A stretch of DNA of 54,169 nt, the filler included, from Basidiobolus ranarum (lineage: Eukaryota): NCBI GenBank assembly GCA_040143965.1. It is 2 parts of 2 records of this genome, joined end to end, with 100 filler letters (N's around TTAATTAATTAA, not from the genome) between each part and the next. Parts side by side here need not be neighbours in the genome. Positions count along the whole stretch, not along the records: positions 1 to 27,096 come from JASJQH010007001.1; 1 more part is not named here. One strand, written 5' to 3'. Both the position numbers and the translations under genes were made by a program. Below are positions 11,546 to 23,960 of the stretch, piece after piece (the first letter of the stretch is position 1; each line of letters starts with the position of its first letter). The notes below the pieces were generated by a model that worked only from the letters and a program-made list of their open reading frames with translations, was not told where the DNA came from and ran no database searches.

Positions 11546-12195
11546 GGTCTCGAAAATTTGAAGTGAAAATATGAGTGAAATCAAGAGGTAGAACTAAGTA
11601 ATATATTGTTTTGGTGTGTTTTCCCATTTCTCAGGAGAACTCTTCATCTTTAAGGGGCTCGCAGCTTTTCGGAGCTCGAGGATAATTACTCTCAGTTAAC
11701 AGGTAGAAATAGAAAAGGGATTTACGAGGATTGCTCATAGCACTTCGGATAATTTTAATCCTGTGATTCGAATTTTCTCAACTTAAACTACCGGTTAATT
11801 ATCCACATCCTTGCAACCTGCGACCTATCGATTAGTATATATCCGTCATGAGGATGCATAATTCTTGCGATGATACATACTCTAACCAAGCTAAGAAATA
11901 TTCATCACACGTTACTTCTCTACTTGCCTGCTTTTTTCTGCTTTTTTAGCTCCAGTAAGTTCCCATGCATAATGGCTGAGTTCATGACGACATATAGTAA
12001 TATAGAATATATCATTCAAGAATAATCAAATGCGGAAATTGTCTGGCTGATGACATTCACGAACTACTTAACTATACGAGATTTGATAGGACTAAAACCA
12101 ATTTTACTTGGATTTTCAAAGTGGTTTTGGTGTTGCTCCTCAAAATTCATATTTACTCAGCGAGCACCACTTATCATTTCTTTTGTTAACTCGTA

Positions 12196-13913
12196 ATGAG
12201 TATTTCTCGAAAGTTATTAACTTTGTTCATCTGCTTGGCTTTATTGTCACTTAGTCTCGTATCTGCTGGTATGTTCTTTATTTAGTATTCAAAGAAATAC
12301 CTTCTGACTCGTAAACTGTCTTTTTTCCTTACGCTATAGTAGATGTTGAGACCAAAGAGGCTTTAAGCGAGCCAGCCATTGAGCCACCTGTTGAAGTCAA
12401 AAGTATTATTTATTGTCTTTTACGGTATCCTCTTTGTCAGATCTAATTTTAACCCGATTTTTCCTACCTTACTAGCTCTTCCTAAGCCTATTCAAATATC
12501 CGACTTTTATGTCGAATTTGTCTTAATCGCCGTTATTGGTGCTTATCTCACCCAATATTTCCGTGGAAAGGGAGTCAATGAAAAGCTCGCTAAGCAATGG
12601 TAGGTTCACATAAATTTGTTCACATTGTAATATATGAAAATGGCTTCTAACTCTACCAATTCTAGGTTAAGTACCTATCTCCCTCTTTTCCGTGAGAATT
12701 TCGCTCACATCGGAAATGATAAGGGACACTTTTTGATGAAAGATGGACACGCGGATTATATGTTCTATGCTACTGGTAGAGCTCATTGTCGCTACCTTAT
12801 GGGAAATATCAAGGTATATAGGTTACGCGTATTAAACCTTTTTCTCAGTAACTAACAAAATCCCTTTTTTAGTTTATTAGTAGACATGACGCATCTGGTT
12901 TGATGGTTAATCTGTACTTTCAAAGTGTTGATCTTATCGTATGTTTTTCTTTTACTATTTTAAATACTTTAGAACGTTTCGTAACCCACCGAAATTCTTT
13001 TTATATTAGACCATGGTTGTTCATATGAACGAGGGTGAATATGACGATTTCTTTTTCTCCATCGTTCCTAAGAAGAAGGCTCATATCATACGTAAAGATA
13101 GATATGATATCGTAAGTGCAACATTTATATATATTGTCAAATTTATATGTATTCAAGGAGTTCTTCATTTGCAATCTAGAACACCTTCGGTAGACAAATT
13201 AATCAAACCAAGCTTCCCAACTCCTTCTGTATTTTCACGGAGCATTCCGAAGTAACCGATTTAATCCTTTGTGAAGAACTTATCAAAGCATTGGAGGAAT
13301 GTGAGGAATATGTGGAAGAAATTTGTTTCTCAGATCAACCATCAGCCCAACCTACTAGGTAACTAGGATGACTGAATGTCGTAGCTCATTTCTACAAATT
13401 TATTAATCTTTCTGACTATCTTCCAGCCTTGAAGATAAACCAGTTAAAACTATCTCCGTTTCTTTCCGTCTCCCTTCTGCAAATGACATGCATAAGGTGG
13501 CTCAACTACATGAACTCACCATGTATCTTATCGATTATGTCGCAGAGAGAGCTCATTTTACTCGCGAGGTAATTTACTTGGACTCGATTGCACCATCAAT
13601 GCCAAATCCTGGAAATTAATTTGTCTTGTTTATAGTGTAAGAACAAGTTGAAGAAGAGTCGCGAAGAGGCAGCTAAGGTTATTTTGAAGGCCACTTCTCA
13701 AGATCGTGAAGAGGCTATTCAACAACGTAAAGCCGAAGAGCGTCGCAAGAAGCAAGCGGAAGTAAGCAAGATGTCGCCAGAGGCTCAACGCAAGGTATGT
13801 TAAAAATCACCATAAAATGCATTTATATCTTGACTAATATGTATTGTTTATAGTTTGAAGAGAAACAGAAGAAGAAAGAATCTCGTAAAAAGAAATCTGC
13901 CATTAGAATGTAA
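12196..13913 (+). CDS. CCDC47: CCDC47-like PAT complex subunit (DUF1682), multi-exon
   Basis: Signal peptide, one TM segment, G..VNEKLAKQW, ENFAHIG, FYATGRAHC, FSDQP and a K/E-rich coiled-coil tail (SPEAQRK|FEEKQKKKE). GT-AG introns. Confidence 0.85.
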
Positions 13914-14376
13914 AGTTCTATCTTTGATTATGGTGAAGGATTTTTTTCCCGTTAAATTTATGGTTTCCTCGTCTTACGGCATACTTTACATGCATCATTG
14001 TATTGCTCTAGACAAAACCTTATTATTCAATTAGAAACGCGAGATCAATAAAAACCCCAATTTTAATGTAACAATTCTATTTCAAGTGCTATATTTGTGG
14101 GCAACATTTACAATCGATCACAATTAGATAGATATTCGACAAACATTATGTTGTATCCTAAAGGTTTCCCCGATTCCTAATGAATAAAACGGAAAGACTA
14201 CGAATCTTTCCGAAAAAATAGAACCAGAATTGATGCAGGTTGAGAAACTGATAAAATATACAAAGCATTATTTCAAATGTTACGAGGCAAACGAGGGTTC
14301 GTATTACATGGTATCCATATCTGGTTGTTAAAGAGTATCTGATGTTAATATACATGAAAGAAGATGTGGATGCACT

Positions 14377-15824
14377 TCAGGGTCTACCTTCGTCTCTCAG
14401 CACTCCGGGGGTTTCGGGCAGCTCTCCAATCTCCGTCAATGGGCTTTCAACTGAAAAATGCATTTAATGGTGGGTTTGTCGATTATCTATAGATGAAAGG
14501 AAAAAATACCGGTGGAAGCGGGTTTGTCTTCATAAATGTTCATTGGATCATCACCATCATCTTCACTGATCACCCCCTCTTCCTCGACCTCGCCGTTCGC
14601 AGGCTGGTTTTGGTCTTCGGCACCTGATTCACTTGAGCTTGAACTAGGTGATTGTGGAATGGGTGAAGGAAGTGGAGTGTATTTATGCTCTTCATCACCA
14701 ACATTCGAACCATCTGCCGACACTGGCTCCACCACAATTACTGGTTGATCAGCGTTCTCAGGCTTGACCTCATCGTGTTTAACCACCACATCAGAGGGCT
14801 GACTATCAGGCTTATCCGGTCCACCTGGTGTACTTGTCTCCATTGAATCGATGAGATCGTCGGGCTCCGCATCAGAATCGAAGGCCTTTGGCTCATCGGA
14901 TTTATTTTCAGCAACATCCTTCTCTTCTTTCAATGCGCGTTGCATATTGCTTATAGCGTCTAAGATCATTCGGAATTGCTCTTGACGTAGTTCCATGGAT
15001 TTAGTGTGAGTGACATTCTCGGATTCTAATTTGGCTATATCGGTTTTCAATTTGTGTATATCCCTGTGATGTGTGTTTATACTGTTGGTAAAGGTATTGA
15101 GAAATGGGTGACTTATATAATATCATACGAACCTCAGAGAGTCCTCACGATTGGGATGTTGTCTAATCTCTTTTGTCATTTTGTCATACTCTATCTTGTT
15201 GTTAAGTTCAACCTGTGCCTCTTTAAGCTGTTTACTCAAAACTTGTATAGCATTCTGGGTTGCTTTGATATCCTGTGCTGTTGTTGTAGAATACATAAAA
15301 ATGAATACTTTTGAAGGATTGATTCGGAAAATAAATTAAGTTCAGCATACCGATCGTGTCAGAATCTTGAGCAAAGTGTTTAACTTGTACTTGACTCATA
15401 TCTTGGATGAACTGATTTCGCAACATGGTTTGTTCGTACTGAGCAAACTCGGCCACAACTAGTGGAAATTGAAGTTCACTGTATTTAAAGGAAATCATGA
15501 GAAATCGAAGGAATTTAATCTATTTATGCCGAGTAGATTGACCAATGCTGAACATGGTAGAAATTAAACATAACTTACGCTTCTTCCATGGATGCAGCTT
15601 TTATTGAGTTGGACCATGTGAGAAAACGTTTAAGACACCGTTTCAACGGTCTTTCGTCGACAGAAAGACGATTGCGTATGATCGTATCTATAGTATACAC
15701 CCGTAACGTGTTAATGGAAAAGTCGTTTGGTAAGAATTCATCCGGTAGTTTAGATGTTGTGGATGGTTCGAACTTTTAAATAAATATAAATTGAAAGGGT
15801 TTTTTAACACCAACCGTCATCCAT
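14377..15824 (-). CDS. THOC7: THO complex subunit 7 (THOC7/Mft1 family) with a long acidic tail, 6 exons
   Basis: Spliced start MDDDTIIRNRLSVDERPLKRCLKRF, then a coiled-coil region (RRQFxxxxxAI-like: LRQEQFRMILDAISNMQ). The last exon ends ...RDEGRP*. Confidence 0.8.
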
Positions 15825-16066
15825 TTCGTGTTTTGCAGGGTAAATAGAACGTCTGTAAAACAAATGAAAGTAAATTTCAACCTCTTGATAAAAGAACTAG
15901 TAAAAATTGAAGGGATCAATCTAATGCTATTTCCGATTTGATTGTGAAATCTGGATTCCTAATTTCTCCGAACAAGAAAAAATTGGTGTCATTCAATTTG
16001 GATATATATTTGGTGTTTGCTACGATGGTCAATTGTCAACGTGGATTTCCAAGTTGATCGTTTAAT

Positions 16067-16917
16067 ATGTCGTTACGATTTGGTGGGTCTCTGCTAACAC
16101 AACTACCCAGACATTTTCGCACCACTCTTAATAGGAGTCAGTGCCGTAGTTTCTTTGGCCTCCCCTCGGCCTTGAATGAACTTGCGAAATCTCTCTCCTG
16201 CAAAGAGTACAAAGAGCAGAGAGTCCTTGGGTAGGTTCACTCTAAAATACCTAGTTGTAAATGTTCACCTATGTCTCATTCGTAAGAATATATGTACCTC
16301 AAAAACTCAACCCATGCAAACAGTCATTGACCATATTTCAACTTTACGAACAGATACTCTCAACAACAACTATACGACGTTGTATCTAATGTGAATGACT
16401 ACCATAAATTTTTACCCTGGTGTACCGAATCCACAGTATTTACTTCTAGACCACAACACGCTCACTTTGGCGAACGTAAGGTGATGGAAGCTGAGCTGGT
16501 AGTAGGGTTCCAAGCATTCAACGAGCGTTACACCTCCGAGGTTACTTGTGATAATCCAACCCAAGTTAGGGTAAGTACTCCATGCACTCATCAATCTACT
16601 TATATATTTGCATGTATACAGCCGATTTAAATACAACCATTCACTAGGCAATCGGATCAAATTCAATATTATTCAAACATCTCGAGAATCGGTGGGTATT
16701 CACCCCGATCACCACCCAAAAACAAACCCCTAAAGGATCGCTATGCCAACTTGATTTTTATGTTAATTTCGAATTCGCTTCACCAATTCATGCACAAGTC
16801 TCCAATCTGTTCTTCGACCAAGTGAGCAGCTTGATGATCAAAGCTTTCGAAGAACGTTGTCAACAACTGTATGGACCACCCACTCAGGTTCCTTATGAAC
16901 TCCAAGGAAAACGTTGA
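16067..16917 (+). CDS. COQ10: Coenzyme Q-binding protein COQ10 (START domain), 3 exons
   Basis: Mitochondrial-type N-terminus; YSQQQLYDVVSNVNDYHKFLPWC, AELVVGFQAFNERYTSEV and FDQVSSLMIKAFEERCQQLYG. Confidence 0.9.
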
Positions 16918-17307
16918 TACCTCTCTTCATCCATCCCATCTCCACATCCATACTCATTCCCATTATAATCTCCACAATCCCTCAGCTTATGCTTCTTATT
17001 CATATACCATTGCATACTCAGATATAAACAAGTTGTCTTATCAAGAATTTGGAATATTGTTAAATGAGGGCTTTACTGTTACAATATTTTAGAGGTAGGA
17101 AGCTGCCCTTTTACGTAGATACGTGATAAGAGGGCTTGCTTGACCATGAAGAGCAGTTTTAAGGGTATTTATGATACAGTTAGGAGTGGCGAAGGATGAA
17201 ATCGAATAAATAAAGATACATTGTAGTGGAATGCTGATGAATAAAGTGACATCAATTGTATAGAAGTTCGGAAAATTCGCTAATTGGAGATGAACCCCCC
17301 CCCCATT

Positions 17308-17997
17308 CTACCACACTCGATAGGAATCTCTTAGATATCGACGTGGTGGCGATTGATGAGGACTACCAAGCTTGAGATCACCTAACCTCCAAGCGGCTTC
17401 TTTCGTCTGTTTTCCGCGAACTCCTGAATAGTTACTGCTTGTCTCAGAAAAGTCGGAATCAACGGAGTTGTTCAACAAATTCAGAGTTGAACTATGTACT
17501 CTTTGTGGACTAAGTGAGTATCCCTCCTCACCATCTAATAGTTCCCCAAATTCGCTACGTCGAGTCTCATGTTGTCCTCCCCTATTAGAAGGATTCGGTC
17601 TTGTGGACGGAATATCTTCGAACATGTAACAACTACTATTCACTTCTTTTTCCAACTTCTTCCTTTTAGCTCTACGAGATCTGATACAACATATCACCAC
17701 ACATAGTAACGTAAGTACTATCACACCACATACAAAAACAGCAATGTAAAGTGGAGATATGTTGATAGAACCAATAGTGATACCTCGGCCTTTGGCCTCC
17801 TCTTCAAAGAATTTTTTTAGGCTGTCACCGGTACTAGGGCTCGGATTTGCTTTCTCTATCTCCTCCTCTCGTTTGTACAGTTCTTTATTCTCTTTACCAC
17901 TGAAATAAGTAGAGACGGGAACTGAATATACGACACCTTGTGAGCATATGACCAGCAATATTCTCAAAGGATAACTTATTGAACGTTGACTTCTCAT
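17308..17997 (-). CDS. Hypothetical single-pass type I membrane protein
   Basis: About 229 aa: signal-like N-terminus, a KR site, one TM helix (LYIAVFVCGVIVLTLLCVVICCI) followed by a basic stop-transfer run and a Ser-rich tail. Confidence 0.7.
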   Translation of the reverse strand: MRSQRSISYPLRILLVICSQGVVYSVPVSTYFSGKENKELYKREEEIEKANPSPSTGDSLKKFFEEEAKGRGITIGSINISPLYIAVFVCGVIVLTLLCVVICCIRSRRAKRKKLEKEVNSSCYMFEDIPSTRPNPSNRGGQHETRRSEFGELLDGEEGYSLSPQRVHSSTLNLLNNSVDSDFSETSSNYSGVRGKQTKEAAWRLGDLKLGSPHQSPPRRYLRDSYRVW

Positions 17998-18564
17998 AGA
18001 ATATGAATACAATGTAGAGTTTGGGTCAGAATGGTTGGAAATGGTAGGAAAGTAGACAAGTTTAAAAAAAAGAAGAGAATGTGGTTGAAATAATTATGGA
18101 GTGTTTGTCTGGTATAGGGTATTAAGTAAATAGAGAAAAATTAAGAAGCGGAGCTGAACGAAACGAAACAAACGTTAGAGAGTAGCTTAAACGGAGAGGA
18201 AGGAAATGTGGGGCAAAGCTGGGTATACTATAAGTTAAAATGAGTGTAACACTATTTCAATATAAATCATATGAAGGTAACATAATTTCAATTCAAGCCT
18301 TTTAATTGCAGTAAATCTATAAAAAGCAACCAGTGATTCATGGCCTATGAGATGTCCCACAGACGTGGTACAGGAATGTAGCAGTGTTTCCATTGATCAG
18401 TGTTATAGGCACTGGCGCTGGATTGATAAAAATTTTCTAAACAAATAATATTGTTTCGCATTAACATCGCTACTAGCCCACGTTGTATCATGACACTAGT
18501 GGCCATTTCCATAAGTTCTTGCTTAAATTTTGGGTTTTTTATTGGGTTGATTTGAAAATGAGAA

Positions 18565-19182
18565 TCACCCCCATTTCTCCACATCGTTATATCGGTAGCC
18601 ATGCAGTGGTGGAGGCCTAAGTGAAGGTGGCAAGTTTTTCGGTAAATCTTTCGGTATAGTGTATTTGGCAGAGTTTGAGGAGTTCCCTTTCTTCTCAGTG
18701 CGATTAAGCAAGGTAGCCAAGTCAGGATCTGTAAGAAGAGAGTCATGTTAAAGAATGAATATCTTTGGTAGCTGTTAGCTGATACATACGTGAATGTAGA
18801 TCTTGAGGCACTCCAAATGGAAAATGCGAATATTTACAGCTTAAACCATATTCACATCTACCAATACTCATAAACTTCCGACAAGGTGGGGCACCAAGTT
18901 GTTCTTGAATTAATACTACCGGATCTAGTTATTTCGAACAAGAATAGTCAATACGATACATATCAGGAGTAATCGAGAAAAAGAGGACAGTTTACCACGA
19001 AAGGAATCGTAATGTAATTTAACTTGTGATTGATGTCCGGTGCTTTCCAAATGCTTTTTTCTGGACTCTAGATTGTCTGGGAATTGACGATCACAAAAGT
19101 CACAGTAAACTACTCACCAAAAGTTAACGCAAAACTCATTTGTTGTATCGACCTTTTAGATGGACTTACATTTCTTCACCAT
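18565..19182 (-). CDS. ZMAT5: Zinc finger matrin-type protein 5 (U11/U12 snRNP 20K), 4 exons
   Basis: Exons 19182-19170, 19109-18996, 18924-18790 and 18728-18565 give MVKKFYCDFCDRQFPDNLESRKKHLESTGHQSQVKLHYDSFRDPVVLIQEQLGAPPCRKFMSIGRCEYGLSCKYSH...LPPSLRPPPLHGYRYNDVEKWG*. This is a U1C/matrin finger, a CCCH finger and the LPPSL..PPP..WG tail. Confidence 0.92.
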
Positions 19183-20281
19183 ACTCTGGTTGTATTCTTA
19201 TCCACTTTAGATGAGGGGGTCTAGTAATGTAAATATAAATACCCAATACCCAATACCTAATACCTAATACTTGATATATAATATCTAATTTCTGGATTTC
19301 TCACAATTTTATCCCAAACTTATGCAAAATTGATAGAATCCAGATAAGCATTAAACTGTTTGATACTTTGTCGATCAACTAGTTTAAAGTTCTGGTTTTC
19401 GGATTGAATGGATATTGGTTGGGGTTAGGGCTAGGACTGGATTGAATCGAAACCGTCCTTTATTGGAAAACGGTACCAGGAAATTAAGAACATCTTTTAC
19501 ACATGTTTTGACCTTTCATCGACTCTGTCTGGTTCAAGGTGAACTACCCCATGAACATGAAATACCAAATTGGATGGTCTCCGATCGGACGAACCGTTGA
19601 GTGAGTTCAGACCACACGTTGTGGTAAAGACAGTTTTATCGTCTCTAGAAGCTGGAATCAGGACTCATACCCAGCTAATTGCTTGAAGCTAGTCTCTAGC
19701 ATCAAGACCCATGGTTTATCATATACATATAGTGAGTGTATATGTGATGGAGTAGCTTGTGCTATGGTAACTGAGGTTGAGAGTGTGGGTTGGGATTAGT
19801 GATTCGTGATTTGTGATTCGTACTCCAGCCAAATTAATGCATAGACATTATTTCAGCCCCTTAAACACCTCGGTCACAACGCGATGTTGACGCCACTACT
19901 ATTGTGCGAATCAATGGATGTTACCAGGATCCTCTCATGGTTTCGGATCTTACTCCTCGTGCATCGTCACCCTCCAGCTGATCTTGATCGTGATCAGGGC
20001 TATATTTTTTGTATTAGGATTCAATTGATTCGCAACAACTTTTAAGCTTGAGCATTCAGAGGACCTGTACTTTAAAGGGGCTCTACTACCCTGATCTGCT
20101 CTTACTATTACCCTGATCTGCTATCTGTTTTCTTTATAAACATTGAATGCTCCCGAGTAGGTCCTGTGCGTGGTCACTGATACTACTACCTTCGTCTGAT
20201 CATCAACAGTCGCACAGTCTTTATATATACACCATTAACTCTTGTAGTTCCATAAAGTCGAGCTAACTCAAATAGTTTATA

Positions 20282-21262
20282 ATGTCGTGGTGTGGAAAAT
20301 CCATTTCTGATCAACTGTTTTTCAGTCAACCTGCGAAATATGAGAGCAAGAATTTCGACCAAGGACCTATGCTGTCCAGAAGTCTCTTGGACCATCCTAA
20401 GTTTCCATTGATGTGCCAACCTGCACTGGAAGTAAAATCTCGGTACCAATCTCACTCTGAAGTAAACTTTGATGGTCCATTTGGTCACCATATACTCCCT
20501 TCGTTATTCAGATACTCTCTCGTAAATTCAAACCCGCTTTCAGTTCATCCTGACTCTTTAGAAAATCCATCAAGTCCAATTTCGGATGGCTTCAATATTC
20601 CTCCAGTTTCCCCAGACTACTTTCTAAAATACAACCATGGTTTTGTAACACCATCTAATGACTTGCAATACTCGGAGAATGCCCTAGAAGCAGAAGCGGT
20701 CTCATCAAGCGAATCAGAGCCACCTCTCTCTTCCAAAATCACCATTGGAATGCTTCTCAACCATGAAGATGATGACGGAATCGGTTCTTCTGAAAAGCCT
20801 CCACAACGTAAAAAGGCAAAACGGGAAAGAAGACACACTATATCAACATTAACCGACCTCTCACCCTCAGTGCCAAATAACCTTTGCACTAGTAATTCTG
20901 CTGCAAGTTCTCCAGCACCTACCAAACTATCCTTCACTACAGAATTGTACCTCAACTCACCTAAAATCTCAAAATCTCATCCCGATTCCCCTAAGTCCAA
21001 TGAGAATCCGGTCAGGAAATCCTCCCTACCACAACCTGAGAAAGTTCATGCATGTACGGTAATGGGATGTGAGATGCGATTTAAACGTCTGGAACACCTT
21101 AAACGCCACCATCGCGTACATACAATGGAGCGACCATTTTCTTGTCCATTTCCGGGATGCGGAAAAACCTTCTCAAGGCAAGATAATCTTAGACAACATA
21201 CTCGTACTCACCAGAGACACCATACTGGTAACAAGAGGTATACTCGTCAACAAACCCTGTAA
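20282..21262 (+). CDS. C2H2 zinc-finger transcription factor (two C-terminal fingers)
   Basis: [53 protein letters not shown], an S/P-rich disordered body and a basic NLS-like RKKAKR. Confidence 0.9.
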   Translation: MSWCGKSISDQLFFSQPAKYESKNFDQGPMLSRSLLDHPKFPLMCQPALEVKSRYQSHSEVNFDGPFGHHILPSLFRYSLVNSNPLSVHPDSLENPSSPISDGFNIPPVSPDYFLKYNHGFVTPSNDLQYSENALEAEAVSSSESEPPLSSKITIGMLLNHEDDDGIGSSEKPPQRKKAKRERRHTISTLTDLSPSVPNNLCTSNSAASSPAPTKLSFTTELYLNSPKISKSHPDSPKSNENPVRKSSLPQPEKVHACTVMGCEMRFKRLEHLKRHHRVHTMERPFSCPFPGCGKTFSRQDNLRQHTRTHQRHHTGNKRYTRQQTL

Positions 21263-22365
21263 AATAGATTTGTTCACAAATGGTGTCCTTGAACACCGCT
21301 CCTTGTAATCCCCATAGATACAATCGAGCCAGTTACTCAGGTGATTTATCCTCCCCTTTTCTCAGACACAATACCTCAACGGGTTCGATACTCGTCCCAG
21401 AGCTTCACTTGAAGCACATATATTAGTAGAAAAGCCGGCTTTTTCTTCCCACTTTCTTATATGTTGATCTTTTATTTTCTTTAATAAAATCATGTGCATT
21501 GGAGTACCATTTTGAATGTATGATACTGATGACCTTGGCAACGTATGAAACGTATAAAGAGTGCTGGTACTAGATTTGTTAAACAATCAGCTGGTTTTGG
21601 TGTATTATCAGCATCGTTCCATTAATTCATCCCTTAACCCACCCCCATCCCATTGGAGAGTGAGTTCAATATTTCCAGATATCAGTAATTTCTTGGCATA
21701 CGAGAGTTTGGAGAAACAATGTGATTTGATCTATGATCTGGTGATCCTAATAGGTGATTCGAATGGAATGCGTGTAGTATAAATGGAGCGAAATCAATCC
21801 CAATCCCTAAATAGTTAAGAAATAAAATTGAATATATAAATGGCCCTAGCCTATGTTCAGATCTGAATCTATACCATGTTGGAGTTATTGGCGTCAACTT
21901 GCCTTTTCATTAACAGGATTTAGGACTAGGACTAGGGAGAAGTGATAGGATTAGTAACAACGGTAGCCGAAGAATGTGAGTGGAGACTAACGATTTGGAT
22001 TTTCCATTTAGTACCAACTTGAGCACTTGTAACCGATTTTCTCTTTATGGTAATTGTCAAACAATTAGTGACTAGAATTGACAACCACAATTAGAACCCT
22101 AATTCACATTACCACAATCAGAACCCATAATAGAGTCGTTAGTGTGGACAATGATTGGTTGTGATGACTGGTAGTTCCTAGAGGAGTAGGGTTACTGGTA
22201 TGTATCATCAATCGACTGGCGAGTTAATTGGCTTATGACTAGCTCAGTTCATCATTGTCGAAATAACCATCTTTATTTACTTGACCTCCTCCTTTCTCGC
22301 TAACTATTCCTTTCTAGGGACATACCTCAATACTTTTGGTATTGTAGGGTAAATCTAATTGAGTA

Positions 22366-23769
22366 ATGTTTCGTCTACATAGGAGATTGGTGGTTGTATT
22401 TACTATCGCTTTAATCTTTGTCTTTACCATAACGAAATATAAAAAAAGGGAATTCTACGTAAATAACCTTGATGGTTTAAACCTAACACCCCCTTTCTCA
22501 AACCAAACCCATCAAGAAAACCAAGTGTATAAACCTGTACCACAGGAAAATCCTAGTAATATCTCCAATAGTAAACCCGAGGAGAAGCAAGAAGAAAAAT
22601 TCCTGACTTATTTGCCGCATAGTGGTTTTCATAACCAAAGAATCGCCCTAGAAAACGCTATTTTACTTGCTAGATACCTCAATAGAACCTTATTGGTCCC
22701 TCCTGTATATCTCGGAGATGCACAATCTTGGAAGCCTTTCGACGACCTCAGTGCTGCACTGGAAAAGAGAACGAAACTCGGAATGGCAGCATGTTCTAAA
22801 TACTCTGGTCTGCCTCCCACGAAGGGACCCAAGAAGTGCGCACTCTATTCTGGGTGGACTATGTTACCTTGGAGTTCTATCTATAGTTTAGACTCACTTC
22901 AAGGGTTTGTGAGGCTCAGAGAGCGGGATAGTATGAGTATTTCAAGTTTAGAGCAATACGGTATTAACATAAACCAAGATATTCACTTTATTAAGGATAC
23001 TTCGCTCTATGACTATCGAATATTCGATTACTTCCCTCCGGGATATATCGTTGGTAAATATGAACAGAAAATCATGGTATCTGAACTTCAAGAAATCTCT
23101 GATAAATTACTACATATTGGCTCAATATTTGGAAACCTTCGGGTCACCACTTTGTTGCGTGGAAATGCAAAAGAATACAAGTATATTCTCGATAAACTTC
23201 AGTTTACCAATCCTACCTTAATACGTGGGTCTCAATCCATTGTGAATCAATTGGGAGGTATGGGTAACTACCTGGGAATTCATCTTCGTGTTGGTGATGG
23301 TGCCTTCAGTTACAAGGTTGAAGAAAATGCCAGAGGAATCTTGGAGTTGATGGCACGCATGTTACCTGTGGTCAATGGTGAAGGAAACGAAGATCAATAT
23401 GAGGAGAAACACCCTACTCTCTCTGGATGTCTAAATCGAAACCCAATAACTGTTGCTAAATCACCTCTAGTATATCTCGCTACTGATGCCCGCAATCCCC
23501 GTGAAAGAACAGATTTCTCACCAATATTCGATAGATTCCCGTGTACATTCATTCTCAGTGATTTTATCGACAGTTCAGCAAGTATTCATGAAGAGAACCC
23601 CTGGGATGGTACCTCTATCCATAAATACCTCGTACCGATGATTGACGCTATTACGGTTGCTAAAGGGGAATTTTATGTTGGAACAAATCAATCTACATTC
23701 TCTATGTTCGTCCGAAGAATGCACAACCACTATCTTGGCCGACCAGATCCTTTAAAGTTAAAATATTAA
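22366..23769 (+). CDS. O-fucosyltransferase-like glycosyltransferase, paralog of 10217-11545
   Basis: TM anchor; TYLPHSGFHNQRIALENA, GIHLRVGD, VYLATD and YVGTNQSTFS motifs. Confidence 0.85.
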   Translation: MFRLHRRLVVVFTIALIFVFTITKYKKREFYVNNLDGLNLTPPFSNQTHQENQVYKPVPQENPSNISNSKPEEKQEEKFLTYLPHSGFHNQRIALENAILLARYLNRTLLVPPVYLGDAQSWKPFDDLSAALEKRTKLGMAACSKYSGLPPTKGPKKCALYSGWTMLPWSSIYSLDSLQGFVRLRERDSMSISSLEQYGININQDIHFIKDTSLYDYRIFDYFPPGYIVGKYEQKIMVSELQEISDKLLHIGSIFGNLRVTTLLRGNAKEYKYILDKLQFTNPTLIRGSQSIVNQLGGMGNYLGIHLRVGDGAFSYKVEENARGILELMARMLPVVNGEGNEDQYEEKHPTLSGCLNRNPITVAKSPLVYLATDARNPRERTDFSPIFDRFPCTFILSDFIDSSASIHEENPWDGTSIHKYLVPMIDAITVAKGEFYVGTNQSTFSMFVRRMHNHYLGRPDPLKLKY

Positions 23770-23960
23770 ATGACTTCATCATACACCATTGTAAATGATC
23801 CATATTAATTCATCCATAATAAATAATCATTTGTAAATCCATTAATAAATTTCCAATCACCCAACTTGTCTACTTTGGTATTTTTCAACAATATCCGAGA
23901 TTATATTAAGGAAAATTTCTCTTCAACAGTTTGAACAGTCTGGACAATACACGAAGGAAT

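Noticed and set aside
18345-18746. 133-aa minus-strand ORF
   Set aside because: It is the wrong frame over the last ZMAT5 exon and its 3' UTR.
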